Positions 1 through 10,812 of a stretch of 64,000 bases of DNA are shown piece by piece (the first letter of the stretch is position 1; the number at the start of each line of letters is the position of its first letter). This DNA comes from Gekko japonicus (taxonomy: Eukaryota): assembly GCF_001447785.1 (NCBI RefSeq), contig NW_015170334.1, positions 217,356-281,355 of the forward strand. Direction: 5' to 3'. The translations under genes and the position numbers were made by a program. Under the pieces are notes generated by a model. The model saw only the letters and a list, made by a program, of their open reading frames with translations. It ran no database searches and was not told where the DNA came from.

Positions 1-254
1 GAGTCACAAATCGTCAACAGTGCCCTCAAATGTTCAAAAATTATTGAAATGTTCAGAAGTATTATCAATTGTATGGCAATTGTTTTTCATACACATTCTA
101 ACACTGCTTTCCACAGCTGTCATGGTCCCACCATTCCCCATTCACTATGTACCTAGTTCACTTGAAATAAAAAAATCCATTTACAAAAGAAGAGCTTTCT
201 TGGTTGCCTCAAACCTGCTGTAGTTTGGGAGAGGAAGAATGTCTGCGACTTGTC

Positions 255-1012
255 AGTCTACTGTTCCAGCATTGGCCAGTTTGACTCCCCAAGCTCTGCA
301 CATTCATCACAATTCAGTGTTCTAAATGAGAGCAAAATTATTTGTGCATTTTCACACTGCCACCTGTGAACTGTGAGTTCTGACCATGTAGCAACATGAT
401 GAATACTGCAGCTAATAAATACTGTGGACTGCACAATCACAAATGTAGCATATATATTCAAAATATGGCTATTTTAGAACAATGCATGAGCTACCCATGA
501 TGACTATAGGTGTAACTAATCCATGCAAGCCAGCAAATTGTGAGCTGCCATACTAATGCCACCCAAAGTGTAGATGCACAACTATTTGAAATACTACTCG
601 TTTTCAATTGCTACCAAACCAGTCAGCTCAAATGAGGGGCTCACCTTAAGAAGCAACAGTCACTGCAAACAGAGTATGTTGGATTTTTTTAGTATCTTGT
701 TTTTGAAAATCAAATAATGCCTACATTCTTCATTAATGAAAAAAGGTTTAAAAATTCTCTCTCTTTTTTTCTTATGGCCCTCTCGGTGGCTTTCAGTACC
801 ACAATCCATGGTGTCCCTTTGTAGTGCCCAGCAGCACTGGAAGTTGTTAGCACCCCTTTACCATTGTTCTGCTTCTGTTTGCTCGGTAGGTTTCCAAAGA
901 TGGTGCTACAGTTGTTTGATTTGATCATCAGAAGGTATCCTGTGCAGCTCCACAGTCTTCTGTTTTGTTCCCAAAACTTCTTGTTGAGTACATGAAACTT
1001 CTGAGGGAACAA
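255..1012 (-). pseudogene. Possible highly decayed AcademX-type XPG nuclease plus Cys-rich remnant
   Basis: Across frameshifts: SCTQQEV (cf. SxQEEAD), LMIKSNN (cf. IxIRSPD), DCGTESHREGHKKK (cf. GCDTTSxFxGxGK), then ISCS..RWQCENAQ..NCDEC. Order matches but identity is very low. Confidence 0.3.
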
Positions 1013-1030
1013 CTTATCATAACAGTTGGA

Positions 1031-1382
1031 ATTTATTTATTTATTTATTTATTTATTCAGATTTTTACCCTGCCCTCTTGGCGGAAGCTGGCTCAGGGCG
1101 GTTTACATAAAAACAGATAGTTACATTAAAAACATAAGTTGCAATTAAATCAAATTATTAAAATCATAATAAAGTGCTAGTAGTTGTTGGTATTTGTATG
1201 TAAAAGGTCCTGCAGGGCCCTGATCTCCTCTGGGAGCTCATTCCACCTGTATGGACCCGCCACCCAAAATGCCCTGGCCCTGGTCGTCGACAGCTTAGCC
1301 TCCTTAAGACCTGGGAGGGCCAGCCAATTCTGGGCCCCTGACCACAGTGCTCTCTGGGGAACATGTGGGGAAAGGCAGTCCC
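1031..1382 (-). mobile_element. L2 LINE 3' fragment (ORF2 C-terminus, 3' UTR, (TAAA)n tail)
   Basis: Minus-strand peptide RDCLSPHVPQRALWSG..TRARAFWVAGPYRWNELPEEIR is typical of the L2 ORF2 end; (ATTT)n at 1031-1056. Confidence 0.85.
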
Positions 1383-2528
1383 TTATATATATATAAGAAA
1401 GTCCCCTCACCATAAAATCAACGCCCAGGCCAAACCGCTGGACCTAGAACCACCAAATTTGGGGAAAGTGCTGCTACCGTGGCATAGGTGCTCGCTAAGA
1501 AGAGATTTTTAGAAATTTGACCCCAAAGTGGGTCAAAAGGGGGGAAATGTGCTCCCCCCATTGATTCCTATGCGGCTGCCAGGCAGCTGCCTCTCTGCAC
1601 CCCCCACTTTCTGATTGCTCAGCTGCAGAGCTCAGTGTTCTGATGTAAAAAAACCCAACAGTTACAGGGAACTGTAACTGTGTTGGAAGCCTCTCTGATG
1701 GCTTCCAACACACTCCCCCCACCTCCTACACCTAACAGGTGGTTGTCTGTCAGGTGCAGCCCCACCTCCACAGTGACTTCTAATACTCCTCCCCCTCCCC
1801 CTCCTACACTGGACAGGCAGCTACCTGTCAGGTGTAGGAGAGGAGGAGGGATGGCTTCCAACACACTCCCCCCACCTCCTACACCTAACAGGTGGTTGAC
1901 TGTCAGGTGCAGCAGTGGTTGCAGGGTGCTTAAAGCCACGAGGGAGCCTGCCCCAGCAGTAATGCCTTAGTGATCCTGCCAGCCCTGCCTCCACAGTGGC
2001 TTCTAATACTCCTCCCCCTTCCCTGTCCTACACTGGACAGGCAGCTGCCTGTCAGGTGTAGGAGAGGAGGTGGGATGCTTACAGTCACCGAGGAGGTTTG
2101 CTCAGCAGGATTGCCTTAGCAGTGCTGCTGGCCCAGCCTCCCCGATGCCTTTAAATACAACCCCCCCCCAACAACAGACAGGCCGGTGTCTGTCAGGTGT
2201 AGGAGCAGGGCCAGGGTATGAATGTTTATGGGGAGATAGTAAAGGACATTTCTAGGAGCCATTTTGATGCGTGCCTCTCTCATGAACCTGAAGAAATGTC
2301 CACCACATCACCACTCCCTCACCCCCCCTCACACCTCTCACCCTTTACTGCCCCCAAGAAAGCTCCTGGCAAACGTCGATCCAGATACACCAATGCTACA
2401 AGGAGGAGGCAACTTCGGAATGCAGCAAAGACTTTTGCACATAGTACTCCTGTAGTGCACTGAGCTGCACAGGCCAAGTACCAGCAAGATCACTCTGAGG
2501 TGCTCAGAACAACACAGTCTCCATATGA
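1383..2528 (+). mobile_element. Helitron-derived element with internal palindromic minisatellite; runs into an assembly gap
   Basis: 5' end TATATATATATAAGAAAGTCCCCTCACC matches the minus-strand copy ending at 23284, which begins A|TCTATATATATAAAAG (Helitron 5'-TC). Possible CTAG 3' end at 2793-2796 beyond the gap. Confidence 0.7.
1690..2210. repeat. Minisatellite with hairpin-forming units inside the Helitron
   Basis: Repeated CTCCTACAC(C/T)..ACAGG..CTGTCAGGTG(T/C)AG units, seen directly. Confidence 0.85.
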
Positions 2529-2739
2529 NNNNNNNNNNNNNNNNNNNNNNNNNNNNNNNNNNNNNNNNNNNNNNNNNNNNNNNNNNNNNNNNNNNNNNNN
2601 NNNNNNNNNNNNNNNNNNNNNNNNNNNNNNNNNNNNNNNNNNNNNNNNNNNNNNNNNNNNNNNNNNNNNNNNNNNNNNNNNNNNNNNNNNNNNNNNNNNN
2701 NNNNNNNNNNNNNNNNNNNNNNNNNNNNNNNNNNNNNNN
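2529..2739. other. Assembly gap
   Basis: Run of N. Confidence 1.
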
Positions 2740-3179
2740 CACTCTTTCATGTATGCATCTGTACTAACCCTCTAAACTATGCTGGGTGTATACTAGATCT
2801 AGGAGCTTCTGCATAGTGGCATCCAATTGCCAAATTACTTTACCATACTTTGCACTGGCATTTAGGAGGTAGGTTTTATTTCAGAGGGTATTTAACAGAA
2901 TTTTAGCTCAAATTCTAAGATAGAGAAACTGGCTTGTGCTTTTACCAACTCCTTGAACTAAATGTGGATAGAACCTTCCTCCAGCAGAAGAACTTGTTCC
3001 TCAGTAGAAGAGATTCTGGAGGAAGTTTCCATTTGCTGCAGGAGGCACCCAAGCAGCTGAGATGAGTGGTAGGACAGAACCAATTATGTATTTAATTCTT
3101 CTCATGTAGTGCTTTAAATGTTGGATTTGATGCATTTTTGTGGTTGTATTGTTTTTTAAGTGGGAAGGAAGGAAGCACG

Positions 3180-3355
3180 GTATATAGTTCTATCTTCTCA
3201 GATCTCAGAAGCTAAACAGTGTTGGTATTTGGATGGGAGACCACAAAGGAAGATTCTGCAGGGGAAGGCAATGGCAAACCACTTTTGCTTCTCAATTGCC
3301 TTGAAAGCCCTTTGCTGAGGTCACCATAAGGTGACTGCAACTTGACAACTTGGCA
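3180..3355 (+). mobile_element. 5S rRNA-derived SINE (5S-Sauria-like) with RTE/Bov-B-type tail
   Basis: AGATCTCAGAAGCTAA..TATTTGGATGGGAGACC is 5S-like and is followed by GAAGGCAATGGCAAACCAC. Confidence 0.75.
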
Positions 3356-3659
3356 CATGCGTATTGTTTTTTAAAAGTTCTCATTCAGAGCGGATCAGAA
3401 CTTCCCTAATGAGCAATATGTACATTGAGTAGATAAAGCCTAGTGGCTTGTATCCTGTCACTCATCTTAGCAAAGTATGAAGCCTTCCATCAGTCCAAGG
3501 AGTTTTCCTCCAGCTGAAGTGGCAGTTCCACCAGAGGTCAGAAAAAGGCTCATCAGGCTGGAGGAAGGCTTCAAATTTTGCGGTGTGGTAGGACTCAGGC
3601 CAATCTCTCTTGCATGTTTATCAGGTCCTTCCTGCAAGGAGCTCAAAGCGCCATACATA

Positions 3660-3815
3660 GTTCTCCTCTCTTTCATTTTATCATCACAATAATTCTATGA
3701 GGTAGACTAGAGTGAGGGACAGCCCAAGGTTACCCAACAAAGCTTCATGGCTGAGTAGGGATCCAGAGTTCCCTCGTGTTAGTCCTGCACTTCAGCCATT
3801 ATACCACACTGGCTC
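3660..3815 (-). mobile_element. Decayed tRNA-derived SINE (Squam3/MIR-like)
   Basis: Resembles the reverse complement of the SINEs at 9557 and 59700. Confidence 0.55.
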
Positions 3816-5044
3816 TCAGTACATAATGTATGCTCTGTTATGTGGCAGATAATCTTATGGCATGAAAAAGCCTTGCATTCATTTTCAATGTCCTCAGTAA
3901 AACAAGTGCTTGTTCGCTAATCAGTCTGTCCTAGTGTTTCTGAATTCATGCTTCCTAAAATAATTCCATCAGTTTGCTGATTTGAATTGTAGAAATGAAA
4001 TAAAATGTCATCTAGGTAAATGATCCCTTACTACAGATGCTGATGAAACAATCCTGGATGGAAATGGCCTCAGATAAATTAGATTACAGTGATAGATGAG
4101 AGATTAATAAGGTCAGGTTTATGGGGCTACTTTGTAGCTGTACCATTTAGAGGGCTTTTAACAGCATCATATGGAAGGGTTTAGAGGCAAACAATTCCAG
4201 GAGTCTGCAGTTCATATTTCATGCTGAATGGTTACACTTGTTTCCCCCCATAAAAGCACCTGGTTTTATCTGCACTGTGATTTGCCAGAAGTTGTGATGT
4301 AGGCTATATCCTTTCCCAGCTGCTGTAGAAGAAGTGAAGGGTTATCCTCACCTTATCTAGGTGGTGTATGTATATAGACAGGGAACATCCCAGGTATGCA
4401 GAAAGATACAGTTTTGTAAATAAATAAAAGAACAAACCCTGGCATGGTAAGGACTGAGGCAAATAATACTCAGAGCAAGTTAAAGGAGGAACAGAGGGAG
4501 GAGAAATAGCCTATTAATACTTCTGAGCACTAAGAGAACCCAGGACGGGGAGAAATTTAACAGAATAGACTAATTAAAGTCATTCATATGGATTCTTTTA
4601 AAATACATAATCTTTCTGAGGATTGTGTCAGTTTCCTGACTGAACAAAGCATCTTCTTGAGTCTTGTTTTTTTGGACCACCAGTTTAATTTGCATATCTT
4701 CCTTTGTGCTATCTCCTTGGACTCGAGATGGTAAGCAGTGTAGCAACCAAGTTGCAAGGACATACAGAATAGGCCAAGTAACATTAAAACAGATCAAATT
4801 ATAAAATTACCCATTTAAAAGCCTTCAGATTTAAAGTACATATGGCCAGCAAACTCACAGCCAAATCTGTTGGGAAAATTCACCCTCCACCAAGTGCTCT
4901 CTGGAAGTGGACAGCCTTCCTAAATACAGCAAGGGAAGACACCCTCCTCGCCCATGCTGGCAGGACATTCCAAGTAACTGAGCAATAAATATAGCTAAGG
5001 TTGGATTAAGGCAATTGGTAGGACCTGTGCATAGCAGCAAATTA

Positions 5045-5247
5045 ACAACACAACACAACATACCTTTATTGGCATAACAACAGCAGCCTTTGGTACAAAA
5101 ACGGCAAACAAGCAAAACAGTTTATTCACTACCCCTTCTGCCGAAAAAGAACTTCTCCTCCTGTATGCTCTGTAAAGGAAGTTTGCCACCACTTCAGTGG
5201 TATCGGCCCTGTTTGAGACTAGAAGGTTCATTAACTTACTTTCCTCA
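5045..5247 (-). mobile_element. Non-LTR retrotransposon 3' end (RTE-X-like, clade uncertain)
   Basis: Peptide KLMNLLVSNRADTTEVVANFLYRAYRRR, then AATAAA and a (TGTTG)n tail on the minus strand. Confidence 0.55.
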
Positions 5248-5690
5248 GCCCCCAGCCACATGGGGGGGGAAGGGACGGGCTGAAGCGCGGCTTTTGAAAG
5301 CCACACCAAAAGAAACACGCCGCGGCGGGATCACATTGATCCCCTGAGCCGTGGCACATTCCCTCCCCGGCACAATCAGATGCCGGGGAAAGCGACGGAG
5401 GGGAACGGGAGACTGCCGAACTGCGCATGTCTGAGCATGTGCAGTTCAGGCAGGAGCCGGGGATGCGCCGGCAGAAAGATGGGCCGGCGATCCCACGGCC
5501 GGCCTTGATGCGGCCGTCGTGGATGAACCACCTCGGTAGGTGGTTCATTTTTGATACGTCTCTTCGGGGGAAGGGCCGGATTGGGGACGGGTGCGCAACA
5601 CTGCCCAGATGTTGCAGTGGGATTGCGCCCGTTTGCTCCGGCCCCGATCCAGCCCACTCCCAGCCCAAAACCCCTCGTGTGGACAGGGCC
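5248..5690. mobile_element. PIF/Harbinger-type MITE, CpG-rich
   Basis: Imperfect TIRs (GCCCCCAGCCACATG / CGTGTGGACAGGGCC) with 3-bp TSD TCA/TCA. Confidence 0.65.
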
Positions 5691-5929
5691 TCAGATTTGC
5701 AGAGAAGCATACTTCTCTGGAAGAAGGATCAAATCATCCATGCTGAGCCCCATCAGTGTAATTTCCCCTTCAACACATGTCAACCAATCTGATAGCTGAG
5801 ATTCATATAGCATATAAGTGATGAGACTATTAGGCTCACTTCTATAGAGGAGGTGCAGCCAAAATTTAAAAGTTGCAAGCCACGCTTTAGTGACTAAGCG
5901 TCTCTGGTTTGTCCCAAGGCATATTGCCA

Positions 5930-7095
5930 CATAAGGTACGCAAGTTCATCAGGTGGATATTTTAGTTCCAAAAAGGTTTGTTGTGTATCCCTCAGGTGAG
6001 AATCCCTGTCTATAGGATTCAAACAGATGCGGCTGTGGCATAGAGCCTGGCTGTATACAATGGATTGTTTGGTATATTTTAGGATAGTAACTGGAGGCAG
6101 GTATATGTTTGTCAGTCAGTAAGTTTCCGGTATAAGGTGGTGTCTATGTGTCCATCGTGTATTTTTACAGTAATGTCCAGAAAATGTATTTCTTGCATAA
6201 ATTGGTTCATTGTCAGGTTGATGGTGGGGTGAAAGTCATTGAATGCCTGGTATGATATGTCCAGGACTTCTTAACCATGTGTCCAAACAATAAAGATGTC
6301 ATCAGGATATCACAGGTATAAGAAAGCTGTGAGTGGGTAGGAGTTTAGGAAGCGTTTTTGCAAGTGGCTGTACCATTGATCTGAGGGAACAAGTTACCAG
6401 GTTTGAAGTGGTTATGGGTGAGAACAAAGTGGCAGAGTTTGGTGGCAAAGTCAGCTGTGGTGTTTTCAGAAATCATTTTCGTTATGGCTTGTAATCCATC
6501 TTTATGTGGTGTACAGAGATTCTACATCCATGGTGGCTAAAATAGTATTCTCTGGAAGACTGTTCAAAGACTGTATTTTCTTCAGAAAATCTGTGGTATC
6601 TCACACATAACTAGGAGCTTTGATGGCATAGGGTCTTAGAACAGAGTCCATGTATCCAGATACCCCCATGATGATGGTGCCTATGCCTGAGACAATGGGG
6701 CATCCTGGGTTGCCAGGTTTGTGTATTTTGGGTAGAAAATAAAAGGTACCTGGTCGAAGTTTTTGTGGTGTGTCTGAAAGGATTTATTCCTTAATGTGCA
6801 GGGGTAATTCCTTTATAATCTCATTTAGTTCTTTTTGGTATTTCTGGGTGGGGTCTGAGTACAGTTGTTTGTAAAAAGCAGTATCTGAGAATTGTCTTTC
6901 AGCCTCCTGGATGTAGTCTGATCTATTCATAATGACAACAACTCCACCTTTGTTTGCATCTTTAGTTATAATGTCTGGATTGTTCCTGAGACTGTCTATG
7001 GCCTTCCTTTCAACATAGGGGTATCTAGATACATGCCATTGGTCTCAAACTTTGTTCTGCGGCTTCAGACCAATACAGCTACCCACTTGAATCTA
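5930..7095 (-). mobile_element. Penelope-like element, decayed reverse transcriptase fragment
   Basis: ERKAIDSLRNNPDIITKDANKGGVVVIMNRSDY, GTFYFLPKIHKPGNPGCPIVSG and DTTDFL..ILATMDVESLY are Penelope RT motifs; terminal-repeat-like sequence at 7030-7095. Confidence 0.9.
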
Positions 7096-8706
7096 TCTAC
7101 CATATGCTAGTCCAGCACTCTAGCTACTATACCAAACTGGATTTTCAGCAAGCATTTCTTGACGTAGATAAATAAACTGAAGTATACACCCCAAAAAAAT
7201 CCCTTGTACAAAACCTGACCAATGACTGCCTTGGTTGTACATTGAATAGCCTGTAAGTTCATTTTAAGAAACAGATTGTATAAAATCTTGAGTAGCAGGG
7301 CAAATACTGCAAACCAGGAGTAGCCCCAATCAGTGACTTTATGATTGTTACTGATAGTCATGAGACACATTGATCGGAGCGTGAAGCATATTAGTAAGTA
7401 TATTTGATAGGGTGTGATGCTAAAATACGTCAATATAGGTCTCATAAATGCCAGGGGATAATGGTACAAATTACTATAATTTATTGACTCATTAGGGCTT
7501 TTATTTAGCAAATTGGTTACTATCAGCGTTAGTGCTTAATAGGTGAGAGAGTGCATCACCAGCATTGCTAAATTCCCCCCTTTAGGGAAAGGAGAGTGCT
7601 GTATACAATCTCCATAAATACAAATGCCTCTCAGACTGCACTTCAGTCTACAGTGGTGACTATTTCATTGTCTAGTGATTGTTTATAATTACTGACCTCC
7701 ATAAATACAGAATTTCTCCCTGGCTTTTCAAAAATGAAATACTCTGACATACTTTTCAGGATAAACGTTGTGGGGAGCGTGAAGCAATTTAAAACAGAAT
7801 GTAACAGAGGCAAAACCTAAATTAGGAGAAAATACCCCCCCTGAAGGCCTGAACCAGAAGTAGGCTTCATTAAACTAAGCTAAGTCGCTGAAAGTGGAGA
7901 GAGAGCTGGAAGCATACTGTTGTGCCATTTGGAGCACCACGGACTTTCCACAGGACTTTTCCCATCCATCCACTATCTCTACACTTCCCATCCCATCCGT
8001 CTGCTATCTCCATATTCCTGGTTGCTGTGATTTCAGAAGGAGAGGGCAGCCCGCCATGGTCAGCCAGCAGCAGGGGTGGACTGGCCATTTAACTTACAGG
8101 GAAATTTCCTGGTAGGCCACTGCCCTATATGGTGGTAAGGAGCAGGCAGAGCCTAACCCCATCAACTCTGCCAGTGCCCCAGGGCCCTGTAGCTTGGATT
8201 CTTCAGTGGCAATGAAGCCAGTTTGCAAGAAGCAATGGGTGAGCCGATACCCACTGTGTGTACCACTGAGCTTTGTTGTCCTGCAACACAGCTTGTAGTG
8301 TAGCAAGAGCCACTCAGCTTGGCTTGCTCCAGGGCCATTTTAACTTCACAGTCTGCCCCTGTCCAGGAGGCAGGATAAGGGAATTATCTCTGTCTGCCTC
8401 TCTCTTTCCTTCCCTCTCCTCCATCTTAGATGTGTTTAGGCAGTGTCTAAGACCCTATGGAGAAGAGGGCCCCTTCTCTGCATCATCCTGATACCATCAT
8501 CTGTAGAAACATCAAGCATCCAAGTCAGTAGGGCTGGAATAAGAGGAGACAGGAGGGGAAACCAAGAAGGTCTTCCTAAGCTTGGATATCAGTCTGAACT
8601 GAAAAAATATGTAGTGGTACAGGTTTTGCCTTTTACAAACTAAAAATAATAAAAATGTATTTCTAATTCTTATGTTAATGCTATGGTAATTATATTTCTA
8701 ATGTAT

Positions 8707-8830
8707 GCCTATCAACAAGTGGATGAGTACACAAGATGCTATTATAATTGCATTGGAGAGATGTTGTTGTGCCGCAGGTGTGACTGTTTAGCAACATGGA
8801 GCCAGATGTACAGATCAGATGCAAGTAAAA
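8707..8830 (+). pseudogene. Possible decayed Cys-rich (AcademX Cys8-like) fragment
   Basis: KWMSTQDA..LERCC / CRRCDC / QHGARCTDQ / CK across frameshifts. Confidence 0.4.
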
Positions 8831-9332
8831 ACAGAAAATTCTAAATTCTAAAAATCAAGTTAGTTAAATAAAATTAAATTCATTAAATTAAAAATGTTTT
8901 TCTTCAAGTATTTCTTAAAATATTGTTTCTCAGTATAAGATACTGAAATCAGGAACTATTCTCATCTCTGGCAAGGAAGTGTAATGCATGGGCAGTATTC
9001 CATAGGGAAGAGCCAATTCCATAATTTAATTTCTTTGTATTTATATTTCATTATTTTTTTCCTTTGGCTCCAATTCTGCACATTTTTAGGTTTGCTTTGT
9101 GGATACATTTCTGTTGTGCACAAATACTGTACGCAATACATTCTATGTAATTTGATATGTATATGTACAATGTATATCATTATACATACACTATATTAGA
9201 ATGCATAATATTGATTTATTGGGGCATGGATAAAAGTATGAAAATACCTAAATTTTATGATGATATAGAGCAGTGCATGGAAACAGAAGACAGCATGAAA
9301 CTAAATAATCTGAGTTTTGATTCACAAAAAAG

Positions 9333-9405
9333 AACCAGCATGGTGTAGTGGTTAAGAGCAGCGGATTCTAATCTGGAGAACTGGGTTTGATTCCCCACTC
9401 CTCTG
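9333..9405 (+). mobile_element. tRNA-derived SINE head (Squam3-like), truncated
   Basis: A box TGGTGTAGTGG and B box GGTTTGATTCC. Confidence 0.8.
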
Positions 9406-9407
9406 CA

Positions 9408-9556
9408 TTTCAATTCTGAAAAAACGAGATGTCGAAGAGTACAACAATTATCAGACCATCACATTAATTTCTCACATGAATGAAGTGATGCTCAAAATCT
9501 TACAACGAAGACTGTTACCATATTTAGAACTAGAAATGCCAGATGTTCAAACTGGA
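9408..9556 (+). mobile_element. RTE/Bov-B-like RT fragment
   Basis: ILKKRDVEEYNNYQTITLISHMNEVMLKILQRRLLPYLELEMPDVQTG. Confidence 0.85.
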
Positions 9557-9800
9557 GAGCCAGCATGGTGTAGTGGTCAGGAGCAGCAGACTGTAATCTG
9601 GAGAACCAGGTTTGATTTTCCACTCCTCCACATGAGGCTTGCTGGGTGACCTTCAGCCAGTCACAGTTCTCTTAGAACTCTCTCAGCCTCACCTACCTCA
9701 AGGTGACTGTTGTGAGGAGAGGAAGGGAAAGGGATTGTAAACCACTTTGAGATGCTTTAGGGTAGAGAAAAACAGCATATGAAAACCAATTCTTCTCCTT
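9557..9800 (+). mobile_element. tRNA-derived SINE (Squam3-like), near full length
   Basis: A and B boxes, GGGTGACCTT body, (TTC)n-like tail. Confidence 0.8.
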
Positions 9801-10176
9801 CTACAAGGGAGAACTGAAATCAGAATGAGGATTCTCAGGTTGAAACAGCAGGAACAAGAAATTTAAAATCATCTTTAGTATTACATCACAAGTTTTTGCC
9901 TGGAAAGAAGGTAACCATTGTGTCAGATGAATGGGTTGCTAATAAGCCACTTGAGGACTGCTTTATAGTTTCCAAATAAGAATGATGTGTGTTTAGTGCA
10001 TGAATTGTGGCATCAGTCTTTTTAAATGCCATAATCAGACCAATCAATTAACTGCTGCATGTGCAGCTTCTTCCTCAGTATGGCATGAAAGATGCTCTTG
10101 CAGTACATCACACATTGTGATGAACACATATTTCACTACACAGATTTTATCCCTGTATGATAATGTGTGTTATGAC

Positions 10177-10812
10177 TAGGGATGGGCATGAATGGCACTT
10201 TGGCAGTTCTTTGTGGTTTGTGGCTGAGCCACAAGCCAAACCATGAACCAGTGGGCCATGGCTTTAAACCCCTGCTTTTTGTTCCCTGTGAAAAGCCATG
10301 AGAAGCAGAAAGCAGGGGTTTAAATGTCTCCAAGCCATTTCACCCCCCCCCAGCTTTCTGCTCATTGTGGCTTTCAGTGATGAACAAAAAGCGGGGTGAA
10401 AGGCCTTCCAACCATTTCACCCCCTGCTTTCTGCTGGCCACAGCTTTTCGTAGTGAATAGAAAGCAGGGGGAGAAATCCCTCCCATTCATTTCCCCCCCT
10501 GCTTTCGGCTTACCATGAAAAGCAATGGCCAGCAGAAAGCTGGGGGTGAAATGTCTCAGAGTCATTTAAATCTCTGCTTTCCGCTCCCTGTGGCTTTTCA
10601 TGGGGAGCAAAAAGCAGTGGTTTAAATGGCTCTGAGCCATTTATACCAAACAGCTGAACTGTTTTCTGCTCTTCACAATCTGCCATAAACCACATCAAAA
10701 TTAGCGGAAGCTCATGGCAGCTCTTAAATTTACGAACATCACTTTGAGAACCATGAACTAGCCAAAATTTACGACAAACTTTAGTTCGTGAGCCAGGTTG
10801 TGCCCATTCCTA
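10177..10812. mobile_element. Non-autonomous hAT element (MITE)
   Basis: TIRs TAGGGATGGGCA / TGCCCATTCCTA; 8-bp TSD GTTATGAC/GTCATGAC; internal direct and inverted subrepeats. Confidence 0.85.

Noticed and set aside
20-223. Plus-strand ORF with KLLKC..GNC resembling a Cys finger
   Set aside because: Needs several frameshifts, has too few matching residues and conflicts with the minus-strand reading.
1690-2210. Regularly spaced palindromic repeats resembling a CRISPR array
   Set aside because: Eukaryotic context, the spacers are themselves repeated, there are no cas genes, and the repeats lie inside a Helitron.
2338-2775. Long ORFs here and at 60120-60486 and 61536-62485
   Set aside because: Artefacts of N runs.
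3180-3250. 5S rRNA gene (also 16150, 32590, 35040)
   Set aside because: Partial, diverged and fused to an RTE-type tail, so these are SINE heads.
9880-10140. Possible continuation of the Academ fossil (AVN*L, IWK..P)
   Set aside because: Position fits, but the similarity is too weak to include in the feature bounds.
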